NCBI GenBank assembly: GCA_963805045.1
Contig: CAWDTC010000019.1
Location: 8,249-72,248 of the forward strand
Source of the DNA: Candidatus Aminicenantes bacterium
GTDB lineage: Bacteria; Acidobacteriota; Aminicenantia; Aminicenantales; Saccharicenantaceae
Direction of reading: 5' to 3'
Length of the DNA stretch: 64,000 nt
Below, in pieces: positions 53,523 through 62,740 of the stretch; the first letter of the stretch is position 1; every line of letters begins with the position of its first letter. The notes under the pieces are model-generated. The model did not search any database, had not been told where the DNA came from, and saw only the letters and a list, made by a program, of their open reading frames with translations. The position numbers were made by a program, and so were the translations under genes.

Positions 53523-55534
53523 TTCGCGGCCTCGAGCGCCCAGAGCCGGACGTTCCGGAACTCGAGGCCCGGGCCGAGGCCCTTGAGGACGATGGGGCCG
53601 GACCGCGGCGCGGGGTCGACGACGGACCAGGCCAGGACGCCGTTGACCGTGAGCGAGACGACCGGGCCGCGGGCCGCGACCTCGCCCCGGTTCCAGCCGT
53701 CGGCCGGGCGGGCGCCCGAGCTCATGACCCTTCCCGGGGGCGGGACGGCCGCGACCGCGAAGCCGTCCGGCGCGGCGCCGTCCGCCTTGGCCGGCCCGCA
53801 GCGGATGAACACGCCGATCCTCGCGGCCTCCGCCGGAGACGGGGCCCGCCACTCGAACGCCAGCCGGAAGTCCCTGTAGGCGCGGGAACTGGCCACCCAG
53901 CCGGCGGGGCCCGATCCGGGCGAAAGGACGGACGAGGGGCCGCCGGGGAACGCCGCCTCCGATGTCCCCTCAGCCTCGTCCGGAACGCCGAGCCGCCGCA
54001 GCCGCGCCTCATGGCCGGCCCGGTAGCGCGCGTCGAACTCCGCCGCGTCCGCGGTCTTTCGCTCGGACCACAGGTCCTCGGCCACGGCGAGCAGCCGCGG
54101 ATAGAGCCGCCGCTCGACGAGCGATTGTTCCGTTGCCCAGGCCGAGGCGTGGCCGCCGAGGACTTTCGCCCGCGGCGAAAGGGTCCGATAGTCCAACGCC
54201 TTCGAGCCCATCTCCGCAGGCGGGTCCGGGAAGCGCGTCGCGTTCCAGGCCAGGACGGCGGCGAGCGGCAGGCCCTCGCCGAGCCCGAAGGATGTCAGGT
54301 AGAGCGGCCCCTGCGAGGAGTTCAGGATGGTGTAGCCGGCGTCCGCCAGCGGTCCGACGACGGCGTAATCGAACCAGGCGTCGATGAGGATGTCCCGGGG
54401 CGGCATGGGCTCGACGCCCGGGTGGATGGCGTCGTTCCAGACGAGGAGCCGCTTGCCGTGGCGCTTGGCGATCACGTCGAGGTCGCGGAGGAAGACATGG
54501 TAGAGCGCGTCGACCGACGCGACCCCCTCCCGCTCCATGCGGGCCCGACAGTCGGGGCAATCGGCCCAGCGCCGGACGGCGTACGGCTCGTCGCCGCCGA
54601 GGTGGATGAACGCCGAGGGGAAGATCGCGGCGGCTTCGGCCACGAGCCGGTCGATGAACTCCAGCGTGAAGGGCCGGCCGGCGCACAAGATGGCCTCGTT
54701 CATGGCCCGCGGCCGGCGCTCGCAATCGAGCTCCGGATAAGCGTTGACGGCGGTCATGGAGTGGCCGGGGACGTCGAACTCGGGCACGATCTCGACGCCG
54801 TAGCGCCCGGCGAAGGCGACGAGCTCCCGGAGCTCCGCCTGCGTGTACAGGGGCTCGCCGGGACGGTTGCATTTCGGCCAGGCCTTGGATTCGAAGCGCC
54901 AGGCCTCGTCGTCGGTGAGGTGGAGGTGGAGGACGTTGAGCTTGTAGGCCGACATGACCCGGACCGTGCGGCGGAGGAAGTCGAGGTCGAGGAACGACCG
55001 GACCGGGTCGAGCATGAGCCCGCGCCACGGCCGCCGCGGACGGTCGGAGACGGTCCCGTATCGGACGGCCGGGCCGGCGGCGGACGGCTCGATGCTCTGG
55101 AAGAAGGTTTGCGCTCCCCAGACGAGGCCGCGGGGGTCGGAGGCGACGACACGCGCCGAGCGGCCGACCTCGAGCCGGTAGGCCTCGGGCTCGCCGGGGA
55201 AGGCGCGGGGGTCGAGGGAGAGGGAGATCGTCCCCTCCGCGGCGCGGCCCGCGCCCGTCTCGACGACCGCCTCGACCCCGGCGAAGTCCCGAAGCCCTTC
55301 GCGGAGGACGTCGGCGACCTCGGCGAGCCGCGTGGCACCGCCGGCCGGGACGACGATCCGCAGGCCCGGGACGAGGCGGAACCATCCTCTCCCATAGCGG
55401 GAGGCCGCGGGCCTGGGGATGAGGGACGGACTGGCGGCGGCTATGCTGGCCATCATCAACACCCCGATGGCGGCCGGGCTGAAGGCCGGGCCGCGGGAGG
55501 GCTTATGCGCTCGTTGGCGGTGACAGTCGGTCAT
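53519..55534 (-). CDS. GH20 beta-N-acetylhexosaminidase with a C-terminal DUF1080-like (concanavalin-type) domain
   Basis: This is an intact 671-aa ORF. The GH20b domain and the catalytic barrel are present: [57 protein letters not shown] (the D-E pair), WND. The C-terminal ~150 aa is ...[11 protein letters not shown]...GVFIR...WNRGEV.ARG....L.VNG..A........[14 protein letters not shown]. Confidence 0.85.
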   Translation of the reverse strand: MTDCHRQRAHKPSRGPAFSPAAIGVLMMASIAAASPSLIPRPAASRYGRGWFRLVPGLRIVVPAGGATRLAEVADVLREGLRDFAGVEAVVETGAGRAAEGTISLSLDPRAFPGEPEAYRLEVGRSARVVASDPRGLVWGAQTFFQSIEPSAAGPAVRYGTVSDRPRRPWRGLMLDPVRSFLDLDFLRRTVRVMSAYKLNVLHLHLTDDEAWRFESKAWPKCNRPGEPLYTQAELRELVAFAGRYGVEIVPEFDVPGHSMTAVNAYPELDCERRPRAMNEAILCAGRPFTLEFIDRLVAEAAAIFPSAFIHLGGDEPYAVRRWADCPDCRARMEREGVASVDALYHVFLRDLDVIAKRHGKRLLVWNDAIHPGVEPMPPRDILIDAWFDYAVVGPLADAGYTILNSSQGPLYLTSFGLGEGLPLAAVLAWNATRFPDPPAEMGSKALDYRTLSPRAKVLGGHASAWATEQSLVERRLYPRLLAVAEDLWSERKTADAAEFDARYRAGHEARLRRLGVPDEAEGTSEAAFPGGPSSVLSPGSGPAGWVASSRAYRDFRLAFEWRAPSPAEAARIGVFIRCGPAKADGAAPDGFAVAAVPPPGRVMSSGARPADGWNRGEVAARGPVVSLTVNGVLAWSVVDPAPRSGPIVLKGLGPGLEFRNVRLWALEAAK

Positions 55535-55670
55535 CAGGCGACGCGTTCAAGGGCCCAGGAGGTCAGTTCCGAGGACCGGACGGGAGCATAAATCAAGGCT
55601 CGAAACCCTGTCAAGCCGAGAAGCAGCGCGAAGAGGGACTGTCCCTCTCCGGGAACAGTCTCCCCGCCAA

Positions 55671-55729
55671 GAAGGGGTCAGGTCTACTTTCTATCAGAAA
55701 AACTGTAAGAAAGTAGACCTGACCCCTTC
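55671..55729 (-). repeat. Hairpin element P2 (copy of P1 in inverted orientation; 22-bp perfect stem plus 3 apical bp, AAAAA loop)
   Basis: The arms are GAAGGGGTCAGGTCTACTTTCTATCAG and CTGTAAGAAAGTAGACCTGACCCCTTC, joined by an AAAAA loop. It lies in the divergent GH20 / fusA intergenic region, 8 nt upstream of the fusA -35 box. Confidence 0.9.
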
Positions 55730-55736
55730 TTTAAAC

Positions 55737-55765
55737 TTGAGCCGCGGACGGTTTTACGCTATAAT
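55737..55765 (+). promoter_or_regulatory. Putative sigma-70 promoter of fusA
   Basis: TTGAGC (55737-55742), a 17-nt spacer, then TATAAT (55760-55765). The ATG is at 55860. Confidence 0.5.
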
Positions 55766-55859
55766 AGCGGCTCGATCGCACGACCTGCTCCTTCCGACAC
55801 CATCGAAGCGGCTCACCCTCGCACCCCGGACAGGCGTGTCGTCTTTAAGGCAGACGTCC

Positions 55860-57990
55860 ATGAACACTGACATCGCGAGAATGCGCAACATCGGCATCAG
55901 CGCCCACATCGACTCCGGCAAGACGACGCTTGACCGAGCGGATCCTCTTTTACTGCAAGAAGATCCACGCGATCCACGAGGTCAAGGGCAAGGACGGCGT
56001 CGGCGCGACCATGGACTCCATGGACCTCGAGCGCGAGCGCGGCATCACCATCGCCTCGGCCGCCACCAACGTCGACTGGGACGACCACTCGATCAACATC
56101 ATCGACACGCCCGGCCACGTCGACTTCACCATCGAGGTCGAGCGCTCCCTGCGCGTCCTCGACGGCGCCATCCTCGTGCTCTGCTCCGTCGGCGGCGTCC
56201 AGTCCCAGTCGATCACCGTCGACCGCCAGCTCAAGCGCTACAACGTCCCCCGCATCGCCTTCATCAACAAGCTGCGACCGCACCGGGCGCCAACCCCTTC
56301 AAGGTCCGGGACCAGCTCGTCGAAAAGCTCGGCCACAACGCCGTGCTCATGCAGCTCCCCATCGGCCTCGAGGACCAGCTTCGCGGGCGTCGTCGACCTC
56401 GTCACCATGAAGGCCCTCTATTTCGACGGCGCCGACGGCGAGATCGTCCGCGAGCGAGCCCATCCCGGCCGAGCTCGAGGCCGAGGCCCGCGACGGCGCG
56501 CGAGAGAGCTCGTCGACGCCGCCTCGATGTTCTCGGACGAGCTCATGGAGGCCGCCCTCGAGGGCCGCGCGACCGAGGACCTGATCCGCGCCGCCGTCCG
56601 CAAGGGCACGATCGCCCGCAGGCTCGTCGCCGGTCTTCATCGGCTCGGCCTACAAGAACAAGGGCGTCCAGCCCCTGCTCGACGCCGTCGTCCGCTACCT
56701 GCCCAACCCGGCCGAGGTCGAGAACCGCGCCCTCGACCTCGACAAGGACGAGGCGTCGAGCTCGTCCTCGGCCCGGACCCCGACGGCCAAGACCGTCGCC
56801 CTCGGCCTTCAAGCTCGAGGACGGCCCCTACGGCCAGCTGACCTACATCCGCATCTACCAGGGCGAGCCTCGAGCAAGGGCGACGAGCTCGTCAACACCC
56901 GCTCGCGGCCAGAAGGTCAAGGTCGGCCGCCTCGTCCGCATGCACGCCGACGCGATGGAGGACATCACCGAGCGCCGACTGCGGCGACATCGTCGCCCTG
57001 TTCGGCGTCGACTGCGCCTCGGGCGACACCTTCTGCAGCCCCGGCCTCAACCTGCGCCATGACCTCGATGCTACGTCCCCGAGCCGGTCATCTCCCTGGC
57101 CATCACGCCCAAGGACAACGAAGCCGCCGACCGCATGGCCAAGGCCCTCAACCGGTTCACCAAGGAAGACCCGACCTTCCGGACGCACGTCGACCCCGAG
57201 TCGCAGCGAGACCATCATCCAGGGCATGGGCGAGCTCCACCTCGACATCTACATCGAGCGGATGAAGCGCGAGTACCGGCGCCGAGGTCGAGACGGGCAA
57301 GCCCCAGGTCGCCTACCGCGAGGCCATCAGCCAGCGCGTCGAGTTCGACTACACCCACAAGAAGCAGACCGGCGGCGCCGGCCAGTACGCCCGGGTCATC
57401 GGCCGCATCGAGCCGCTGGCCGAGGGGAACTACGAGTTCGTGAACGAGGTCAAGGGCGGCCGCATCCCGCGGGAGTTCATCCCCTCCTGCGACAAGGGCT
57501 TCCGCGCCGTCCTCCGCAAGGGCCAGCTCATCGGCTTCCCGGTCATCGGCGTCCGGGTCGTCCTCGACGACGGCCAGTCCCACCCCGTCGACTCGTCCGA
57601 CATCGCCTTCCAGGCGGCCGCCCATGGGCGCCTTCCGGCAGGTCTACCCGAAGGCCAAGCCGCAGATCCTCGAGCCGATCATGAAGGTCTCGGTCGAGGG
57701 CCCGACCGAGTTCGCCGGCAACGTCTTCGCCACGATCAACCAGCGGCGGGGCATCATCGTCAGCTCGGTCGAGGACGGGACGTTCGCCCGGGTCGACGCC
57801 GAGGTGCCGCTGAGCGAGATGTTCGGCTACTCGACGGTCCTGCGCTCGCTGACCCAGGGCAAGGCCGAGTTCACCATGGAGTTCCTGAAGTACGGCCGGG
57901 TGCCGGCCGCAGGTCGCCGAGCTGCTCATGGAGCAGTACCGGGAAAGACAGAGGACCGGCGCTCCGAAGGAGCGGAAGGAGAGGACATGA
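55860..57990 (+). CDS. fusA: Elongation factor G, stand-alone, mitochondrial-EF-G1/spd-type (about 19 frame changes as assembled)
   Basis: Fragments in all three frames join as follows: [24 protein letters not shown]|[110 protein letters not shown]|DRTG|[30 protein letters not shown]|FAGVVDLV...[32 protein letters not shown]...[20 protein letters not shown]...[10 protein letters not shown]...[17 protein letters not shown]...[18 protein letters not shown]...[14 protein letters not shown]...[12 protein letters not shown]...[22 protein letters not shown]. It is not flanked by rpsL/rpsG/tuf. Confidence 0.9.
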
Positions 57991-58716
57991 CGCTCACGGT
58001 CAAGGAAGAACTCATCAAGCGCAGCCCCCTGCGGATCCTCGAAAAGTCGATCTCGGGCGGGCTGGGGAAAGGGAATATCGGCGTCCTCGCCTCGCGCAAG
58101 GGCGTCGGCAAGACGGCCTGCCTGGTCCACATCGCCGCGGACAAGCTCCTCCAGGGCGAAGCGCGTCATCCACGTCTCCTACGCCAGCCGCGTCGACCAC
58201 ATCATCACCTGGTACGAGGACATCTTCAAGGAGATCGCCAAGAAGCCCGGCATGAAGTCCGCGCTCGAGATGTCCGAGGAGCTCAGCCGCAACCGGGTCA
58301 TCATGAACTTCAAGCAGGAGGGGACCCGGACGGAACAGGTCCTGCGGAGCCTCGAGGCGATGATCGTCCACGGCCAGTTCGGCGCCGGGACGGTCATCGT
58401 GGACGGCCTCGACTTCGGCCAGGCCGGCCCGGAGGAGCTCGCGAAGTTCAAGGACTTCGCCGGCCGCCTGGGCCTCGAGGTCTGGTTCAGCGCCTCCCTC
58501 CGCGGCGAGGACCCTCTGTTCGACGAGCGGGGCATCCCCTTCGAGCTCAAGGGCCACCTCGCGGCCATCGACGTCCTGATCTCCCTCCAGCACCACGGCG
58601 ACCACGTCCATTTCAGCCTGGTCAAGGACCACGACCGGCTGGCACCCAAGGACCTGCGCCTGAAGCTCGACCCGAAGACGCTCCTCATCGCCCGGGACAT
58701 CGCCCGCAAGGCGTGA
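57987..58716 (+). CDS. RecA-superfamily (KaiC/RadA-like) P-loop ATPase of unknown function (frame change near 58160)
   Basis: The ATG overlaps the fusA TGA (ATGA). The protein reads [58 protein letters not shown]|[22 protein letters not shown]...[10 protein letters not shown]...[11 protein letters not shown]... The layout is KaiC-like: GG(L/I)xxGxxxxhxxxxGxGKT, hhhhS, and a Walker-B-like hhhhDxh. Confidence 0.5.
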
Positions 58717-58766
58717 CGGGCGCAGCGGACCCCGCGCGGCAGCGCCTTTGACGGCCCGCGGCATCT

Positions 58767-59471
58767 ATGCTATATGTGGAGCACTCCCGCCAGGACGCGA
58801 ACAAGGACGGCCGGACGTTGAACCTCCAGAAGCTCGCCATCATCGACCTCGACGGCACCCTGCTCAGGCGGACGAGTTCCGAATATTCGTTCTTCTGCTT
58901 TCTCCTCTTCAGGGGGAAGATCGGTCTGCTGCGGCTCGCCGCCTTCCTCTGGACGTTCGCCGTGGACGCCTTCAAGCGCGGACTCCGCGGGGCCATCGGC
59001 TGGAACGCGACGTACCTGCGGGGGGAAACGCCCGAACGGCTCAAGGCCTGGGCCGGGGAGTACGGGGCGGCCCACCTCAGGGAGGCGGTGCCCTCCGGCC
59101 TGAGAGAGAGGATCCGGCGCTTCAAGGAGGAGGGCTGCCGCATCGTCCTTCTCTCCGGGTCGCTCCAGGTCCTGGCCGAGGAGCTCAGGGAAAAGCTCGC
59201 CGTCGACATCGTCATCGGCCGCGAGCTCGAGGCGGCCGGGGGGAAGCTCACCGGGCACCGCCGTGGAATTTACCCCTATGCCCGGCAGAAGGTCGAGGCC
59301 CTGTTCGGGCGGGTCAAGCCCGAGGAGGTCGACTGGGCGGGTTCCCGGGCCATGGCCGACCGGTTATCCGACCTCCCCGTCCTCGAGCTCGTCGGACACC
59401 CCATCGCCGTCCATCCGACGCGCGGGCTCCGGCGCCACGCCCGGCGCAAGGGCTGGGAAGTCATCGGCTAG
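58767..59471 (+). CDS. HAD-IB family hydrolase (phosphoserine-phosphatase-like)
   Basis: Motif I is AIIDLDGTLL. A cap-like helical insert follows, then LLSGS (motif II), a K/R, and motif III-like MADRLSDLPVLELVGHPIAVHP. A TTGACG-N17-TATATG promoter candidate (58747-58775) overlaps the track start. The in-frame TTG at 58818 (MNLQKLAIIDLDGTL) may therefore be the real start. Confidence 0.75.
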   Translation: MLYVEHSRQDANKDGRTLNLQKLAIIDLDGTLLRRTSSEYSFFCFLLFRGKIGLLRLAAFLWTFAVDAFKRGLRGAIGWNATYLRGETPERLKAWAGEYGAAHLREAVPSGLRERIRRFKEEGCRIVLLSGSLQVLAEELREKLAVDIVIGRELEAAGGKLTGHRRGIYPYARQKVEALFGRVKPEEVDWAGSRAMADRLSDLPVLELVGHPIAVHPTRGLRRHARRKGWEVIG

Positions 59472-59486
59472 CCCGCCGGCGGCGGA

Positions 59487-61136
59487 CTAGTAGGAAAATT
59501 CGAGGCCGGCGAAGGTCCGGTTCTCCATGTTCGTGACCGTCACTCCCGGCAGCCTCCCCCACCGGTGGATGCCTTCGTAGCGGCCGAAGATCGTCAGGGG
59601 CAGGCGCGGGATCTTCCAGCCGGCCTCGACCAGGGTGCGGAACCGGTTGTCGTCGCCGTGGGCGTTGTTCGTGATCTGGGTGGGGTAGCGGTGCCGGAAA
59701 TCGGCCGAGCCCCAGGCGCCGAAGCTGGCCAGGGCCCGGGCCCGCAAGCCCCCCCATTCAAGCTCGGTCTCGCCCGAGACCGTGCCCCCGAAGCCGTAGT
59801 AGTACCCGTAATAGACGAGCGTTTCCTTCATGCCCGCGATCGTGTCGTCGGGGAGCGTGTGGTGGAGCTCGGAATAGGCGTTGAGCGCCAGGGAGTTGAT
59901 GAGGCCGAAATCGACGGAGGCCGAGGCGATCGTGCGGAGTTTCAGCCCGCGCCGGAAGATCGTCCAGTCGAGGACGGGCCCGGCGATGTGGACGATGGCC
60001 AGCTTGTCGGTGAAGTCCCGCGGCTCGTCGAGCGCGAGGTCCCGGAGTTCGCCGGCGCTGAGGTTGGTCGGGTCGACCGCCAGCTGGGCGGAATCGTAAT
60101 AATTGAGGGGCTTCTTCTTGAAGTACTGGAAGGACGAGCCGAGCCCGACCGTCAGGCTGTAGCCGAGATGGTCGTCGCCGATCTTCTGCCAGAAATGCCC
60201 CCAGGTCACGGCGCCCAGGGTCAGGTTGACCTCGTCGGAGTGGCCGTCGCGGATGGCGTAGTCCAGGCTGATATCGCTCGCGTAGGTGTCCTTGACGGCC
60301 TTGTCGACCTCCCCGGGCTGGCCATAGTCCGGAAGGGTCAGGAGCCGCGTGTGGAGCCCGAGGTAGAGGGCGGTCTCGTCCGGCTTCCCCGTCGAGGCCA
60401 GGTTCCTCACCCCGGTGGTCAGTCCGAGGTCGTGCCAGGCCGGCTGGATGTAATCCTTCGTCTCGGGGTCCTTGCGGTCGAGCCAGCGGTTGACCTTGAC
60501 GACGGGGTTGATCCAGCCCAGGGCGCTGAGGAGGAAGCTCGACTGGTGGCTTAGGTACTCGCCGATCTGGTACCACGGCTCGCCCGTGGCGAAGCCGCCG
60601 ATGCCGGTCATGATCTGGTCGTTGATGGAGATGACCTCTTTCCACTCGACCCCGCCCTCCCAGAGGGTCGAGGCCAGGCAGGCCATGAGCCAGGAGTGGA
60701 ACCAGGACACGTAGTTGGCCCGGGCCATCTGGTAATAGATGCCGCCGGCCAGGCTGTGCGTCCAGTTGAGCTTGAAGTTGTTCGAGTCGAACCGCCAGCC
60801 GTCGAGGAGGAAGAACCGCTTGAACTGCGCGCTGAAGGTCGGCGCGAACTGCCAGTCCTCGGTGAAGCCGCCGTGCTTGTACCGGATCCAGTAGCTCGTG
60901 GCCGAGGTCCCCAGGAAGGCCCCCCATTCGATCCAGGCCCGGAGGGTCCTCTGCCGAGGCTCGGTGACGAAGACGTTCGAAGCGCGCTCGGGCTTAGGGG
61001 CCGGAGCGGCCGGGGCCGCGGAGAGAGAGAAGGCCGGAGACGTCTCCGTGGCCGCCGCCGGAGACCAGGACAGGAATATCCCCATCGTACCGATCACCGC
61101 CATGGCGGCCACCGCCACGACCCTGTTCTTTTTCAT
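59487..61136 (-). CDS. DUF3943-like secreted/outer-membrane protein
   Basis: An internal ATG at 61136 gives MKKNRVVAVAAMAVIGTMGIFLSW (signal peptide). The block FDSNNFKLNWTHSLAGGIYYQMAR resembles the DUF3943 D-x-N-x(3-5)-H-P/S-x-x-G-x-x-YY signature as I recall it. The rest is an aromatic-rich beta-type sequence ending ...FAGLEFSY. Confidence 0.55.
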   Translation of the reverse strand: MKKNRVVAVAAMAVIGTMGIFLSWSPAAATETSPAFSLSAAPAAPAPKPERASNVFVTEPRQRTLRAWIEWGAFLGTSATSYWIRYKHGGFTEDWQFAPTFSAQFKRFFLLDGWRFDSNNFKLNWTHSLAGGIYYQMARANYVSWFHSWLMACLASTLWEGGVEWKEVISINDQIMTGIGGFATGEPWYQIGEYLSHQSSFLLSALGWINPVVKVNRWLDRKDPETKDYIQPAWHDLGLTTGVRNLASTGKPDETALYLGLHTRLLTLPDYGQPGEVDKAVKDTYASDISLDYAIRDGHSDEVNLTLGAVTWGHFWQKIGDDHLGYSLTVGLGSSFQYFKKKPLNYYDSAQLAVDPTNLSAGELRDLALDEPRDFTDKLAIVHIAGPVLDWTIFRRGLKLRTIASASVDFGLINSLALNAYSELHHTLPDDTIAGMKETLVYYGYYYGFGGTVSGETELEWGGLRARALASFGAWGSADFRHRYPTQITNNAHGDDNRFRTLVEAGWKIPRLPLTIFGRYEGIHRWGRLPGVTVTNMENRTFAGLEFSY

Positions 61137-61340
61137 CGCTGCTCCTCGCTCGAGGATGATAAACGCTAAAATAGGCCTTTCGTTCCAAACCGTCAAGTTG
61201 CCGCGGCCGGGAAAGGACCGGCGGCGATTTTAACGCGGAGGATGTCGCCGCCGCGAGCCGAAGTCGATCCCGTGCGACTGGAAGAGGGGAGAACTGGGGG
61301 TCCCGCCCTGCTTTGGGGTCGATGAGAATCTAAGAAGAAA

Positions 61341-61386
61341 AGAGGGACTGTCCCCCGCTGGGACAGTCCCTCTTGGTTTTTTCTAG
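61341..61386 (-). terminator. Bidirectional rho-independent terminator (member of the GGGACAGTCCC hairpin family)
   Basis: The arms AGAGGGACTGTCCC (61341-61354) and GGGACAGTCCCTCT (61360-61373) form a perfect 14-bp stem. It is flanked by TTTTCTTCTT on the minus strand and TGGTTTTTT on the plus strand. It lies 42 nt after the stop of the YXWGXW gene. Confidence 0.7.
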
Positions 61387-61414
61387 GAGGGGGCGGCCCC
61401 CTCTCTGATCCTCA

Positions 61415-62614
61415 CTACTTCTTCGGCGGTTTTGCCGGCGGCTTCGCCGGCGGCTTCTGCTGGCCGGCCTGCCTGACCTGCTGCGCGTCCGTCTTGTGGC
61501 GCTCGTTGAGCTGCTGCTTTTCGGTCTGGTGCTGCTTGGCCACTTCGGTCTTCTTCGCCTGGTAGTCCTGCTGGATCTTGGCCTTCTCGGAGGGCGCCTG
61601 GACCTTCTTCTGTTCCTGGTTCCGCTGCTGGTCGATGGCCTTCAGCTCCTGGGCCTGGCTCTTATCCATGAGATTGCGTTCCTGAGTCTGGCGCTTCTGG
61701 ACGTCGGACGCGGTCGCGACCTTGGGGGGCTGTTGCCGCGGTTCGAAGACCTTGGCCGGCGCGAGTTCCTGCCGGGCCTGGTCCCGGTTCAGGAAGGTTT
61801 TCGGACGGGCCGCGGCGTTCTCTTTGAAAGACGGCCGGTAGAGCTGGACCTGGTTCCCCGTGACCATGGCCCGTCCCGGCTGGCGCGCGTCCTGGAGGGC
61901 GTAGCGGGGGACGTCGCGCCGGGTCAGGCGGCGGACGGTATCGATGCCGATGCCGTCGTTGACGAAGCGGCGCCCGCGCCAGGAGAAATTATTATGGATG
62001 ACGGTATTGTTGATGATCGTGACGTTGCGTTCGAACGGGAGGACGTAGGGGAAGACCTCGCTGTCGCAGAAATGCGAGGCGCCGATGAAGACCCAGAAGC
62101 GGAAGGGGATGTCGATCCCGAACGACCCGAAGTCCATCCCCGCCCGGAATTCGATCCCGGGAGGAAAGGGCGCCCAGCCGCAGTACAGGTCGCTCGAGCG
62201 CCAGGTGACCCAGGCCGGTCCCCACTCCGTGCCGGGGACCCAGAACCAGCCGAGGTCGTCGTCCCAGCCCCAGCGGCCATAGTGGAAGGGGACCCAGCCC
62301 CACTCGAGGTCGGAGATCCACGTCCAGCCGTAGTCCGTCCAGACCCAGTGCCCGTCGCTGTAGGGCCGCCAGCGGTAGCCCATGTTGCGGGGGGTCCAGA
62401 CGTAACCCCAGCGGTCCATGCGGACCCAGTTCCCGTAGGGGGAAAGATAGTTGTAGCAGTAATCCATGTCCAGGTCCGCCCCATACTCCTGCACGGCGAA
62501 CGCGCGAGAGGTCCCGCCCCCCGCGGGGCGGCCGTTCCCGGCGGCGAAGACGAGGGCCGCGCCGCCCAGGGTCGCGAGAGAGACGAGGGCGACCATCGTT
62601 AAGAATTTTTTCAT
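61415..62614 (-). CDS. Secreted YXWGXW/WxxGxW-repeat protein with a Gln/Lys-rich coiled-coil tail
   Basis: The ATG at 62614 lies 6 nt after AGAGGAGG; the track uses TTG at 62620. The signal peptide is MKKFLTMVALVSLATLGGAALVFA. A Trp-rich core follows: YGNWVRMDRWGYVWTP, YRWRPYSDGHWVWTDYGWTWISDLEWGWVPFHYGRWGWDDDLGWFWVPGTEWGPAWVTW. The tail is ...QKRQTQERNLMDKSQAQELKAIDQQRNQEQKKVQAPSEKAKIQQDYQAKKTEVAKQHQTEKQQLNERHKTDAQQ...KPPAKPPAKPPKK. Confidence 0.7.
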   Translation of the reverse strand: MKKFLTMVALVSLATLGGAALVFAAGNGRPAGGGTSRAFAVQEYGADLDMDYCYNYLSPYGNWVRMDRWGYVWTPRNMGYRWRPYSDGHWVWTDYGWTWISDLEWGWVPFHYGRWGWDDDLGWFWVPGTEWGPAWVTWRSSDLYCGWAPFPPGIEFRAGMDFGSFGIDIPFRFWVFIGASHFCDSEVFPYVLPFERNVTIINNTVIHNNFSWRGRRFVNDGIGIDTVRRLTRRDVPRYALQDARQPGRAMVTGNQVQLYRPSFKENAAARPKTFLNRDQARQELAPAKVFEPRQQPPKVATASDVQKRQTQERNLMDKSQAQELKAIDQQRNQEQKKVQAPSEKAKIQQDYQAKKTEVAKQHQTEKQQLNERHKTDAQQVRQAGQQKPPAKPPAKPPKK

Positions 62615-62659
62615 GTTCAACCTCCTCTTTAAATTAGCATATCGCCTAAACTGACCCGT

Positions 62660-62676
62660 TGCAAGCTTTGTGCCAA
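62660..62676 (-). promoter_or_regulatory. Sigma-54 (-24/-12) type promoter upstream of the YXWGXW gene
   Basis: The minus strand reads TTGGCACAAAGCTTGCA, that is TGGCAC-N5-TTGCA. This is the exact spacing and core of the RpoN consensus TGGCACG-N4-TTGCW. The GC of the -12 box lies about 45 nt upstream of the ATG at 62614. Confidence 0.5.
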
Positions 62677-62740
62677 GTGTTTGGCCGGCTGAATGGACAA
62701 GAGGGGCTGTCCCCCTGGAGGGACAGCCCGTTTCGACACG

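Noticed and set aside
55860-57990. Interpreting fusA, and likewise mutS, hslU, tamB and lacZ, as genuine pseudogenes or as programmed frameshifting.
   Set aside because: There are too many shifts (up to about 1 per 100 bp) in essential, otherwise perfectly conserved genes. I saw no shared slippery heptamer or stimulatory structure at the sites. Most are simple +1 G/C insertions. Consensus error is the economical explanation, but it needs read-level confirmation.
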